A stretch of DNA of 64,000 nt from Alloascoidea hylecoeti. Taxonomy: Eukaryota. Below the pieces are notes generated by a model. The model saw only the letters and a list, made by a program, of their open reading frames with translations, was not told the DNA's origin and ran no database searches. Position 1 is the first letter of the stretch, and the number at the start of each line of letters is the position of its first letter. Below, piece after piece: positions 50,441 to 63,447 of the stretch. A program made the translations under genes and the position numbers. Location of the stretch: positions 682,001 to 746,000 of the forward strand of contig BCKZ01000007.1 in the NCBI GenBank assembly GCA_001600815.1. Reading direction: 5' to 3'.

Positions 50441-51731
50441 CGCTAGCTTTTCGAATAAAAGCTATTATACTTAAATGTTTCCTTAATTCCAAGTTTATTC
50501 TACTATTATTGTTTTCAGATGTAGCAATTGTAATTACATCGAGAGAGCCAGAATGATATCGATATCTATTGCAAATATACCATGGCCATTTGCATGAAAA
50601 ATAATCATAATTATTCATATATTTCATCTTAAACAATCAATCTATTCTACATTATAAATTTTTAATCCCATTATAATCCCCCATTTCTCACTTTGAATAA
50701 TTCAAATCCATAATTTATATTAGTTTGCCCCAATAGTTTAAGTGTTTTGGATTTTACGAGACCCCGCATCTTATTTTCTAATTTTTGTAATAAATGGTTG
50801 TGGTAGGATTTTGATTTGTGAGCTATCCGGTTCTTATGCCTTATCATGTCTAAAATAATATTTTAGAATATCTTTTCGTGTCAACAATCAGCATAGCATG
50901 CCTTAATCCTGCACGAGAATGATCCGAGTTCCTAGCTCCAGGAATATATCATGTGCGGTTTCTGATGGTAATTGTGGTTGGGCTGTTATCGGATAAATTG
51001 TATATTCTAGTTCTTCACTACCCCATTCGCTTATAACATCACTTAATATAGACCTCATTGAAAGAAAAGCAGCATTAGATTCAATACTCAATACAGTCTA
51101 CTGCGGTTCTCTGATTGTTCTCTAGAATCGTCAATACTGTTTAAATCTTCATACAATCTAGAAGAGGCAAAATGACAGAGAACGTCGGGGAAAATCTCCC
51201 CCTTACTATTTTGTTTCCCTATCCCATAGGTTAACTCAATCCGACTAACGTAACCCAATAAATAAGGGTCTTTTTACTTAGGATTAAAGGAAACTCTTGT
51301 AGCTCATGATACTTCTTCAAAATTGATGCCAATTGTGAACATCTTAAGCCTTTTAAGGGAAAAGCAAAGATGTCTATTGTCATTGCTTTACTAATATAAG
51401 CATCAAACTGAGGTTCTTATTTATTATCCAATAGTTGTAGTCCATTAAAGAAAATCATTTGATCTACAATACCTCCATTTCTAAATCGACTAATTATCAT
51501 TGTTGTGATACCAAAACCACCATGGCTGGGATTATATATTTAAGTGCACCAGCCAATTCAAAGTTCAAACATCATAACTACAACGCTAAATGAGTATAAA
51601 CAGAATTTTTTTTTTAACTTTTCATATATTTTCCAATTAAATTATATAACTAGAAACTATGTAAATTCTCAGAAAAACAAATTGCCTAATATATAAAGGT
51701 ATCTAAACAAAGAGAGCCAGGAGTTGAGTTT

Positions 51732-51804
51732 GCCTTGATGGCCAAGTTGGTAAGGCGTAACACTAGTAATGTTAAGATCGTTGGTTCGAATCCGACTTGA
51801 GGCA
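51732..51804 (+). tRNA. tRNA-Thr (anticodon AGU), 73 nt, no intron
   Basis: Acceptor GCCTTGA/TTGAGGC, D arm TGGCCAAGTTGGTAAGGC, anticodon arm TAACA-CTAGTAA-TGTTA, T arm GTTGG-TTCGAAT-CCGAC. Confidence 0.97.
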
Positions 51805-51805
51805 A

Positions 51806-51812
51806 TTTTTTT
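51806..51812 (+). terminator. Pol III oligo-T terminator (T7)
   Basis: TTTTTTT two bases after the tRNA 3' end. Confidence 0.85.
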
Positions 51813-51814
51813 AT

Positions 51815-54800
51815 CTTAAAAACCCCTTTGATTTTTGCTGGGATATATTCAAGGAGTTGTTGAGTCACATATCAAATAATGAACTCAATATCATTTTACG
51901 CTTTGGTTCAAATCCTTCCTATGGAAAGAATCAACCCATTGTTAAAGGTGGCGGTCATTGCTACGGTGGAAAAATAACTGGCCAATTTTGTCAACCAATT
52001 GGTTTTCTTGCAAACAATTTGAATGATACAGATAATCTATCTTAGATTATCGTTAAGGCACCAAACTTTCTCTTAGTAGAAGTTCCCGATAATACACCCA
52101 CTGCTATTCCAAAGGTAGTGACTTTATGGTACCTCTCGAGGTAGATGGGTCAACCTCGGTATCCATTGCTCACTCTTTCCGACTTCAATTGAAGCCAAAC
52201 GGAAAGCTATATTGTATTCACTGAAATTCACTTTCCCACGGTAAAGTAAGTTGTCCCCAACAGCTTATTAATCATTTGCCAATTGTTTCTGGTGGCGCGA
52301 GAACTCAGTAGCAACAAGCCGCTAATCCTCCCCCGCGTTGCTACAAAAGGACAAAGATCAACTATTTTATCCTATATCTATTTGCTGATTATGAGGCAAT
52401 AACAGGTCTGTGATGCCCTTAGACGTTCTGGGCCGCACGCGCGCTACACTGACAGAGTCAGCGAGTCTTAACCTTGGCCGAGAGTGGGTAGAACTTTAGC
52501 ACAGGAACCCCGGATTCNGTACCGATTTGGCACCCATTCTGGTACCAGTACAAAATGTCACCACAGCATGAGCTCATAAACAGTGTTACTCTTATCTCCT
52601 TCGTGATATCTTTAGTTTTACGAGGGAAACTAAACAAAAAAAACTGAGTGAACTGAAACATCTGATTAACTCAAGGAAAAAAATCAACCGAGATTTATCA
52701 AAGTAGTGGTGAGCGAAAGATAAACAGCCTAACAAAGTAAGTATTACGTGGTAATGATAGATAACTTCCTTTTTCCAAAAAAGAAGGCTCGCAAGGTTGC
52801 TCAGGCATCCGTTCTGGCAAACACCTCCTATCCCTATTTGGAAAAAAATCCTTTTAGGGTCCTCGAAAAGCTGAGGGATCCGGATCCAATTGAGGAGAAT
52901 CTCCAAGCACCCGCCCCTCCACTTAAAATCTCCACCCCATTAAGAAAGAAACCCCCCAAAAACAAAACGCTTATCCGTCAAGACCTTCTACTCCCATTGC
53001 GGATGTTGATGCAATGGAATCGGAGGCTGACGAATCTCCAAATAGTGAATCCTCGGATGACTTTTCCGTAGCCGAAGATTCTTCTGAAAATGAAGATGCC
53101 GCCTTTGCTGCAGATTTGAAATCAGAAAAGAATCCCCTTTTAAACATGTCATCATCTAACAAGGATGAACGATATATCCCTAACCAAATGGAGGCCGTTG
53201 ACGCAATGGATATCACAGATTCCGAAGCAGAAGGGTACCCAGAAAACTTTTCATTGGATTCTGGTGTTGCATCAGATACTATAGATCTTCCTGAACATAC
53301 GGTGACTGCTACTCAACCGGTAACAGACATTAACATATTTAATAACACTAATCATATCCCTGCGAGGCCATTAATGTCCCCCGAGGAATCTCCTTGGAAT
53401 ACCAGATGTCTACGCTCTAGGAGTCATTACTCAAGCCCTACTAAAGGGAATAATAGATCTCATTTTAATAAATTAAACGCCGATACAACTATACAAAAGG
53501 GTTCACCAGCTGGGCCTAATAACGTACCACCATCTTCTTTAAATTATTAATATCAGAGTATATAAATATTTCCTCACAAAATGTGAGAAGATTCTCAAAA
53601 TCAATTCAATCGTTAATTATTAACTGGTTTATACAAAATGACAAGTTAACAATTTTATCATTACAAGAAACTTGAGGCTGTGACTTCCTCAGCTTAAGAA
53701 AGCAGCTCCAGGAAATCGAAATTGAGATGGTTTATTCAAACTTGACAATCATTCTAATTAAAACATGTTTCCACAAAAATACCAAGACACCAAATATGGA
53801 ACTCTTTGCTCAAAATATTAGAGAACCATTTCGCTATACTTTTCAAGCACATACTTCCCTTATTCACATAGAATATCAAAAGGATTTTATCATCATCATC
53901 AATTCCTATGTACCATGCACAGGCCACGAAAGAATAGAATATTTCAAAACAATGAAGCCTTTTATCCAACGTGTATCAAAGCACCAAGTAATATGGGGAG
54001 GTGACCTCAACTGTGTTGAATTACCTTCTCTTGACTCTTCGGTTCCTACTAGAATTAAAGATCAAGGAGTCAGTCAGCTATAAGAACTTCTGAGTCAATA
54101 TTCTTTAATTGATTCTTTTAGAGAATTAAACCCAACAAAGAAACAATTTTTCAATATTCAATCTGCAATATCTCTGCTTAACAATGCTGATAACGTTCGT
54201 TACATTTGTAAAGGACACATTCGATTGCCAGAAGAATTTCCAGCCTATAAACATTGGATGGTTAAAAAATCCGAAATAAAGAAACTTGCGAGGGAACTGA
54301 CTTTTATACTTAAGAACAAGGGGTCTGGTCCATAAATGAAAATGAAATAGAGAAAGCTCAACAAATAACAAAAACCAACATTCAAGGGCAATCACTAAAT
54401 GACCTGTTACGTCTTCAAAAGTATCGTACAAAAAAGATGGAAATAGCCTTGCTTAATGGGTCTGATGATCAATGTGAAATGGAAAATATAGTTGTCGATT
54501 ATTTTTCCAAAAAAGTGTTTTATGAAAAGCAAATTGAGGATGGAGCTATAAAACAATTATTTGCATCCTTTGAACCCGGCCATCTGATATCCAAAGATCT
54601 GATGCATTTAAACTACCCAATCACGTCAAATGAGCTTTGAAACGCAATTGTCCAATCTAATAGAGATAGTGTCCCAGGTCAGGACGGTATTGGAACTTTC
54701 TTTTATAAGCAAGCTTTTAATTTTATAAAGGATGATTTTCTGAAATTTGCGAACTCTCTTCTGACAAATGAAATTCCTAATTTTATGACACATAATGTTT

Positions 54801-56700
54801 TTGTATTATTATTGAAGGATAAGGCCAAAAAAGGCGACATAAATGGTTATCGTCCAATAGCTATACTGAATTCAGACATACGAATCATACACCAGATTTT
54901 AAACATTAGACTCCAATCATTATTAAAAGGGATTGTGTTGGAACATCAAACGGCCTTTATTCCTGGGAGATCTATATCGACCAATATTCACCTTCGCCAG
55001 TTATTATTCATTGACCCAGATACTAAGTTTATTAGCCGGAACCCATACCAGGCGCTCATCATGGTGTATTTTAAAAAGGCATATGATATGTTAGGCATTG
55101 AATACATACACAGAGTTCTTGAACATTTAGGCCTGGGTCCTCATTTTATAAACGCTGTTATGGGGTCCATCATAATAACATACGAACGAGGTGCATCATA
55201 GTAAATATTTACGTTATGTCCAAGACGCTTTTTCTTATGGAATTTATTCCACCCCCAAAAGGTATCTTGAACGACATTATGAAAATAATTAAAAATAATA
55301 TAGGTACATATGGACAAGTATCGCTCAAAGTGTTGGCAACTCCTGCAAAGAGTGGAGGTTATGGTCTGACAGACCTAATGGTTCAACAGAAAGGCCGTCA
55401 TTCCTATCATTTATCATCATTACTAACCAATGACGATGAGGATCTCCAAATCACAATCAGGGAACAAATGATATTTCATGGGGTAAAAGCCTCAATATTA
55501 GCAAATAAAATAATGGAAAAAGAAAAAAAAAGCTAAAAAAGATAATTTATTACACCTGGATTGGGATCAAATGTTATTAATCAATAATAAATATCTTCAT
55601 GAAAATTTTTCAACAGAAAATGTGCATTACCTCCAATGCTTTAAGCAAAACCTCAAAATAATCCAGCCCTGGAACACATATATAGCCCATTTCTGGGACA
55701 CCACAAAAGTTGGTGACATAAACCAACAATATATTAAAAATAAAAGTTTAAGGTCAATTAAAGAATTCAATGAATCCATGGAATTGATAAAAAAATCAGC
55801 AAAAACCCAAATTTTAAAAGTAGAGGACTTTATTGGTCTACAAAATGAAGTGCTCGACAAATTCAGTAGGAGGAGCATTTGTAAAACATTTTTCAAAGCA
55901 AACCAAAAAGTATTAGTACCAAAAGAAATGGAAAAAACCTACAAAATTGGAATCAATAGATGGGATTTGCTATGGAAAGCAATCCACAAAAATAACCTAT
56001 ATTTATCAAACGTAATAGATGACTATCAAATATTCTGCAGTGGTTCATATTTACATTTTTACAACCCTAAAGACAAAAAATGTCCTTGCTGTGAAAAGTT
56101 GGAATTATCCTTTGAACATGTTTTCTCGACATGTGAAATTACAAAGAAAATATGGTCCTATAACCAAAAGGTGATAGATCTCTAAAAGAAAAGGAAATTG
56201 AAGTGAAATCTTTTCTTGATTTTAATCATAAGGAAAGAAAAGAATTAATATTAAGAGCGGTAACAGTTTTTTTGGTTAGAAAATATCACAGAATATATCA
56301 CCAACAGGAAAATAGTATATCAGGATTACAGTGGGCCAAAAATGATTGAAAGAGACTCATAAAGCTTTGCTCTGAATCACTTCGGTGCTACAGACATAAA
56401 AAGAAAGAGGAAAGATGATACATATGATATCTATTATTAGTATTGATTGAGTAAAAGGTTGAGAATGGAGGCAATAATACTATAGAAAGTAACAACATTA
56501 CTCAAAAAAGAGTGAACCTATAACATTTGTAATAGGAATTTTTGCCTAATATTAGGTCTTTTTATTTTCACAATTTTTTTGGTTACTATGAAGGTAGTAT
56601 TTAGAGATTAGTAAGTTTAATATAGAGCCTTAATGGTCACTTAGTGAGGAGAGAGAAGAATCGATTATTTTTTAAATACAGAAATAAATAAAGAAACTTG
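51815..56700 (+). mobile_element. Decayed L1-clade (Zorro-like) non-LTR retrotransposon
   Basis: ORF1 zinc-knuckle relic YCIH*NSLSHGKVSCP (~52210-52260). APE endonuclease SQNVR..LSLQET, WGGDLN, LIDSFRELNP (~53560-54150). RT N-part PGQDG, YRPIAILNSD, QTAFIPGRSI, FKKAYD (~54660-55170). C-terminal CPCCE..SFEHVFSTC. Many stops and frameshifts; ends approximate. Confidence 0.93.
52392..52484 (+). rRNA. 93-bp fragment of 18S rRNA (non-functional insert)
   Basis: TGAGGCAATAACAGGTCTGTGATGCCCTTAGACGTTCTGGGCCGCACGCGCGCTACACTGAC...AACCTTGGCCGAGAG is the conserved eukaryotic SSU 3'-major-domain sequence; the flanks are not rRNA. Confidence 0.95.
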
Positions 56701-57598
56701 TTACAATTACAATATATAATTATAAATTTAAACAGTTTATAAAAAATCAATCTCAAATCAAAACCTGAAATGGGCGGCTTGATTCGTCATTACATTTTAT
56801 CCTTTTTATCTATATAAGGCCAAAAATTGTCAGCTTAACAAAGCTTAAGGTTTTAGTGATGTATGGCTTAAAGTTGAGTCATACCACTGTTGAACAAATA
56901 TTAACGCCATTAACGTTCTTCGTCCATATATAAGCAGATTCCCATAGTCCAAATGATGACGGATATATTTCATTGCCACCAAAAACTTCTAGATCAGAAA
57001 ACGAATTTCTGCTTCTGCGAACAGATTTTGTGATAATATTATAGGTAAAATATTTATTAAGTGTCAATATACGGTATCATTTATATTTAACTACGTACAC
57101 TTAATTTATATATTTATACCCGTTATTGTTCATTTACCATAAACTCTACTAGAATTTTGTACGTAAGACTTGATCCTGAGATTGGTGACCCTTGGGATGG
57201 ATTTCTTAAGAATTATTTTGGCCTTTTCTCCATCTCAAGCTCAAATTCATATAATTATACCCATCAAATTAATTGCAGCCTATCATATATGGATATAGAT
57301 CGCCTTTCTTACTGGATGATATTTTTTAAGATATAAGCTTATATGTGTTATGCATTGCAATTATGCCCCCGCTATGTATACCTGATGGATCGGGACGTTA
57401 AATATGTGCAATCGGGGGGTATCGGGCATTAATATTATTATTATATAATTACAAAAAAAATAATTTTCAATCAAGCTAATCTGAAAGATAGGTATGATAT
57501 AAAAGGGCCTTCCGATCCCTCATCATATCCTCCTACTTTTTTGATCACGATCTTATAAATATTGATCCTATTCCCAACTAGATATATACCAACTGAAT

Positions 57599-58408
57599 AT
57601 GTCTGACTTTGATATTGAAAAGGGTGGAATTGAAACAAGTTCACCAAGCGAAAGAAACCCAGTTCCTATTCAAAGAATAAAAACTTCTGGCGCTAACAAT
57701 GAAATTGTTCATATCGGAGACACCATGGTGTATAAGGATGATTTTATCAGGGCATTTGGTGGTTCTTTAGTCCCAGGATTGATGCATGTCCCAGTACACA
57801 AATTTGCTAATCCGGCTCCTCTTGGTTTATCCGCTTTCTCCCTAACAACATTTGTTTTGTCTTTATGCAATGCCCAGGCACGTTCAGTAACTGAACCAAA
57901 TATTGTAGTTGGATTGGCCTTCTTTTATGGTGGTCTTATTCAATTATGCGCAGGTATGTGGGAAATGGCTGTTCAAAATACATTTGGTGCAACAGCTTTG
58001 TCGTCATATGGTGGCTTCTGGATGTCATATGCCTGTATACAAGTTGATGGATTTGGAATTGTATCTGCTTATGGCGATAATGAACACGAGCTACAAAGTG
58101 CCATTGGGTTCTATCTTATTGGTTGGTTCATATTCACATTTTTATTAGTGCTGTGTACGATGAAATCTACTGTTGCTTTTTGTGCATTGTTCGCATTTTT
58201 GGATCTAACTTTTTTAATGTTGGCTATTGGTGAATTTCAGAATAGTGTCAATTGCACAAAAGCAGGAGGTGTTCTAGGAATAATTACAGCTTTTATAGGA
58301 TGGTATAACGCTTTCGCTGGTATTTCCAATCATGAGAACTCCTACATTAATGTTAGACCATTCTATCTTCCCAGCCCTCAACAAAAGCCAGAAGATGCTA
58401 AAGAATAA
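57599..58408 (+). CDS. ADY2: Gpr1/Fun34/YaaH (Ato) family acetate/ammonia transporter
   Basis: AFGG.L.PG, FANPAPLGLSAF, NTFGATALSSYGGFW. Confidence 0.93.
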   Translation: MSDFDIEKGGIETSSPSERNPVPIQRIKTSGANNEIVHIGDTMVYKDDFIRAFGGSLVPGLMHVPVHKFANPAPLGLSAFSLTTFVLSLCNAQARSVTEPNIVVGLAFFYGGLIQLCAGMWEMAVQNTFGATALSSYGGFWMSYACIQVDGFGIVSAYGDNEHELQSAIGFYLIGWFIFTFLLVLCTMKSTVAFCALFAFLDLTFLMLAIGEFQNSVNCTKAGGVLGIITAFIGWYNAFAGISNHENSYINVRPFYLPSPQQKPEDAKE

Positions 58409-61359
58409 AATATTATAAATTAAAAAAATAAAATAATAAAATATTAATATTTATCATTTTAAAAAAATGATGGATGATAAAACAGAGCTTTTCTATAGCT
58501 ATACGTAGAAGTAATTTATAACTAAACATTTGGATGATTTACTTCGGAATTTTTCATGATTATTGTTATAGCCTATAATTATAGATCGTAAACAATGTTA
58601 TAACTATTATGTATCACAGGCGTGTGTAAATGATTGTTTCTAGAGTCTCCAATTGATATATATATTACAAGCCCAGAGGGAAAAACCTTGATAAGCTTAG
58701 TTGTTTTAAGCTTAAGCTTCAGTGAATCAGTATTCAAAGTATCTATAGCTATAGGTAGGATGGTACGGTTATCAGTAAGCTAGTACTTGTACTAGTAAAA
58801 CCCAGTGCTGGTGCTGATCATGGAGATAGTTCCCTAAAGAAGTATATTATCTTATAATAATATTACTATCCCATCATTATTTTAAGAATGCTATTGTACA
58901 CATGAGGTTTAGATCCTAAATGATTATTTATGATGATGTTTACGTACACTGCTATAATATTCCAGGAATTTTTTAATTCCACGCTTAACCTTAAGCTTCT
59001 ACTTGCAATTGTGGTCTCCAATGACTCTCCATTTAGTATTTTAAAGGAGATAAGTGCGTTTCCCCACGTACCATCTTGTGATTATCTTATATCTAGGCAT
59101 ATTGGTATTGTTTGATGAGGCGACACTTGTGTATCATCATTTGAGAATCTATTTTTACACAAACAATAATCCTGACATGATAAATTCGACAGGTGAATTC
59201 AAAGATTGACCAATGAAAATTTGAGTAAATGATTTAGAAATTCAAGAATGGATTCAATATAGCTAGGCAGCACCAAATTTGATCTCCAAGATGGCTTACT
59301 TTTTCACAATTCTGTACCAATAAAATATGTGCACTATCTCTAGATCTTATCGTTTACTGCTCTTATATTTGAGTTCAGTATTATGAATTTATGAATATCA
59401 GTCTTGTTGAGTTTTCTGCTTATCATTTTCTTAAATGGTCACATATCGACGCAAATCTATATCTGATGGTTTATATTGTAAGTATTATCCCGTACCTGAG
59501 AATATATGTAGGTATATTTTTGTAATTTGAGGTTTCTCAGATTTGCCTGAGGGATGGGTCGTAAAACTTGATCTCCATTCATAACCTTGCATGTATTTTG
59601 TTATATTCAAACTTAAATTGTTTCCACTAGTCCGATATTTTCAAGTAGTCTTTATACCACAATGGACTAACGCAAAGCTTAAGGAGTACAAAGTCCACTC
59701 TAATTACTAATTAAAATTATGTGGAACGATGGTGAATGAGTAGGATTAGATACCTGATCATTTTTGATGTTTATGTACAAAATGTAACACTATATTAATC
59801 TTACAGAAGATTATGTCTCTGAATTTCAAGTAGCTAATTATGAAAGCTTAAGGAAAGCTTAAGGCTTGACCTTCGAACCATATCTGAGATACATAAGCGC
59901 ATTTCCCCACTAGTACCTACTACGTACTACCTAGTGTCTACTATCTAGTATACCTACCGCCTCGTGGCTATATATGATTAATACGTAGTATTACATAGTA
60001 TTACGTACGCAATATTTCTAATAAAGGCCAACAAAGCCTGGGATTGAAGATATATAATTCTTTTTATAGTTACTACACTATAAGCCGTATCATCTTGTTG
60101 ATATTTTCTTTAAAAGTCTACGGAAGGAGGAAAAAAGAAATCAAAGGAGAAATGACATACAATCGCAAAAGCATACCAATTGCGGATCTGTGAGATCGAT
60201 ATAAAACTACAAAATATTAGTATCAATGAACTTGTGGTTCAACTTCGGGTTTCTTCAAACATAAATATAGCTTCTAATATTATAATTAAAAGTCATATTT
60301 CAGATTAATATTTTATAATTGAACATATCTCTTACTTCTTTCTTTCCCCTCTCGGTCCCTCTACAAAATCTAGATCTTATGTTACACACCTTCTTAATCA
60401 TCCATATAAAAACTTTATAACAAATATGAAGCTCAAGTTTCATGATCATAATATTATTACGCATTTCTTAAGTTGATACCAAGATACAACCGATTACAAG
60501 TATAGAAATGTACGACTATATGTATAAATTTATAGCTTAATTATTAATTAAGACCTGGGACAAAGACAAAGGGCAAAAGAGTCAATTGAAACAAATTGTA
60601 TTACATGTAGCTTCCTGTAGATATTGAGGGACATGCGCTCGTCTCCTAATTAGGTAATAAATTGCAAGTAATCATCTCATCTCACTTTATAATATTTATC
60701 GATATCCATACTAAACACACTATTTTTTATTATCATATAGTTACACACGTCTCGCAAAGTCTGTAGAAAATGTTGATCTTTGTGTCCAGCATTAAACATT
60801 AACTAAGCTTCTTTTTCCTTCCCTCAATTGGCCCCGAAGTACAGGTGACTCCTAGTAGTCCCCGTCTCCTTGAATAGAGACACCAAAGAATATGTATCAT
60901 ATGACTACCAAATTACCACGTTGGGATGATTTCAATGCCTGATATCCATAATCCTATTCAATTACCAGGTGTTTTAAGATATATTAATACAGCGCCGAAA
61001 GACTGTTTATTAATGAATAGGTTTAAGCCTCTTGGCACCATTTAAGCTTAAGCTTAAAGCTTAAAATTGCAGCTTGGCATTTGTATTATTTTGAATTTAT
61101 CTAAAACAATCACTGTAAACGATGCACGTGTAAAGATATAATGTTTATTATAGTTGATCTTTCAAACACTGCTGTTTATGTGAGTTTTATATACCTTTCA
61201 TAAATATGATAACTTATACGATATTTAGCAGCTTTATTAATATTGATAATACACCGATAACTAGGCCTATATGCAGAGCTCAATTTAGACATAGTGATGA
61301 TTGGATCGTCAGATGTGCGAGCTAAATATAATTATTATAATTTTAAAATATAGTATTAT

Positions 61360-62920
61360 TGTGGCGATCGGGTTCTTTAGGACTACCTAACACCTATAGA
61401 GCGACCCCGGTTAAAGGGTTATGGGAGTTTGAAGACATTACCTAAATCTGTAATTCCAGTATTTTTTTCTTTACTTTACAAATGTCAATAAGGAAAGAAA
61501 CTTAAATCCCCTTTAATGAAGGAGCAAAGAGGCTAAAATCGCTAGATGTTTTGAACAAATTCCATTTGAGCCGAGCACACCGCTTTCAAATATTGCTAGA
61601 AAGAACGGTATAACCTGTCCAAGATTTTATAATGGTTGACACTCTTAAGTGGAGGTAAGGGAACATTAAAAATTTCTCACAAAGTTAGAGGGATCAACTT
61701 ACTGGTTCACTGGTCTATTGTGTTAGAATATGAATGGAGATATTAATGTGGACGCGATCTACCCCATGGTGAATGAAGTGATTGTCCCAGGATGCCCCTC
61801 AACCTGAGCAAAAGCTTCCCAAACAGGATGATAGTCGATACTATATGAGTTCAAATTGGATTTACTGTTTTTTTATCCACGCATCATGTTAAGTCTGTCA
61901 TATTGGATGCACACAGGTTTCTTTGCTTCCAATGTAGATAATTTCAAATTTAGGTATGACACCTTTAAGGTTTGATCCACGAGTATCATTATAAAACAAC
62001 TAGAATTCATAATGCTAATGACTGGTGAAACAGCTAACGGTTGGAAATTTTGCATGCCTAGTTACGAATCAAAACATCACCAATTGAATGGGATCAGTCT
62101 CTTAGTTAGAATCTGTCACTAACTTTAATATTTGATGGAAGAGAGGTACCTAGATTATGTGTAACCGTGTATTTGGTTTTTCCAGCATACAGACTCAATT
62201 ATGTCAATAATAAGAAATGTTTTTTTATTAAAATGGTTATTTGTACTGTGTTATTTTTTCTTACAAACATATGAGGTGAATTCCTCAGTTTATATATGTG
62301 TTGCTATATAATAATATGAAAGTAAGAATTTCCAAAGTAGTCCAAATAAGTGCCAATATGGAATGCCGGAATAGTTTGTTGACAATTATTTCAATTAGTG
62401 CCTTTTTACAATATAATAAGCTATGTATTCTCCCGATCACTGAGCAGGTACTATGATTTAAAGGTGTACCAGCTATAAATACAGTATTTCCATTAATTAT
62501 AGTAGTCTCGAAACACAATTATTACAGTTAAACTAGCTTTTAAAGGTAAAAAATATTGTTAAAATCAACAAAATGATTGATAGTAAGTCAGAAAGGATTT
62601 CTCGACTTGGGGAAAACCCTCCAACTAGCTATAAAACAAATTTACTTTACAGGAGGAAAAGGAAAGTCAACTTCGTATGATCATAGTTCTACCAATAGAT
62701 CAAGTCTCATTTAGAGAGAGCGGATGTGATTTTCCTTGTCGGTAGAATAAATAGATTTCTGAAAAAAAGGTCTTAGCAGTGTTACAGTTGACTAGGAATG
62801 ATGCCAAAGATCTCAAGGTTAAAGGAATATCACTTCGTCACTTACACTACAGTACTGTTTGCCATTCAAGGAGATAAGGGGTTATGTTCCTTTATTAGGG
62901 CAACTATTCATATTAATCAG
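61360..62920 (+). pseudogene. Decayed totivirus-like endogenous viral element (capsid central/C-terminal part, frameshift junction, Pol N-terminus)
   Basis: Single frame 61685-62122 with 5 internal stops: EGSTYWFTGLLC*NM..AIYPMV..LLFFYP..LSYWMHTGFF..MLMTGE. GGATTTC at 62595-62601. KGISLRHLHYSTV at 62821-62859. Confidence 0.6.
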
Positions 62921-63447
62921 GTTTGATGATTTAACTTGTTGTAATACTGTTTCTTCCAATTTTCACACTCTGGGTTTTATTGCTAAAAATAGAGAAAACC
63001 CCTACGAGCGCGCGTAAACATTTTGACAAGCTTATAATTAGTCCTTGGTTTTTTTTTTTTTGTTTAACTTGCAATTGGATTGATTGTGTTAGCTTGTTGA
63101 TTTGACTCGTACTTCTTTTGAATATTAATCAGTATTTCATTATGTTCAACTTAAAGTATAATTTATGTATTATTATTATTTATTGACATATTTGGGATTG
63201 TATATTATATTGAAATATAGCATATACATATATTTATCAATATCGATCACTACCAATTGAGAAGATGCTTATAGTTTAAATACGTCGTGAACCTTAACTA
63301 TATCTTGTAATCAGCAGTATTGCTTATGCACATAAGTCGATTGTCACTTGCAAGCTTAATTAGCTTCTAATCTTTTACACTCTCCCAACAGTAGTTTCAA
63401 CTTTGCTTTCGTCCATTCAAATACACCCACCTCTTTTATCACTTATA

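Noticed and set aside
52392..52484. Functional rDNA unit
   Set aside because: Only 93 bp match 18S; the flanks are LINE-derived.
59100..59340. KFDLQDGLLFHN as a gypsy integrase-linker relic
   Set aside because: A single short motif with no supporting context.
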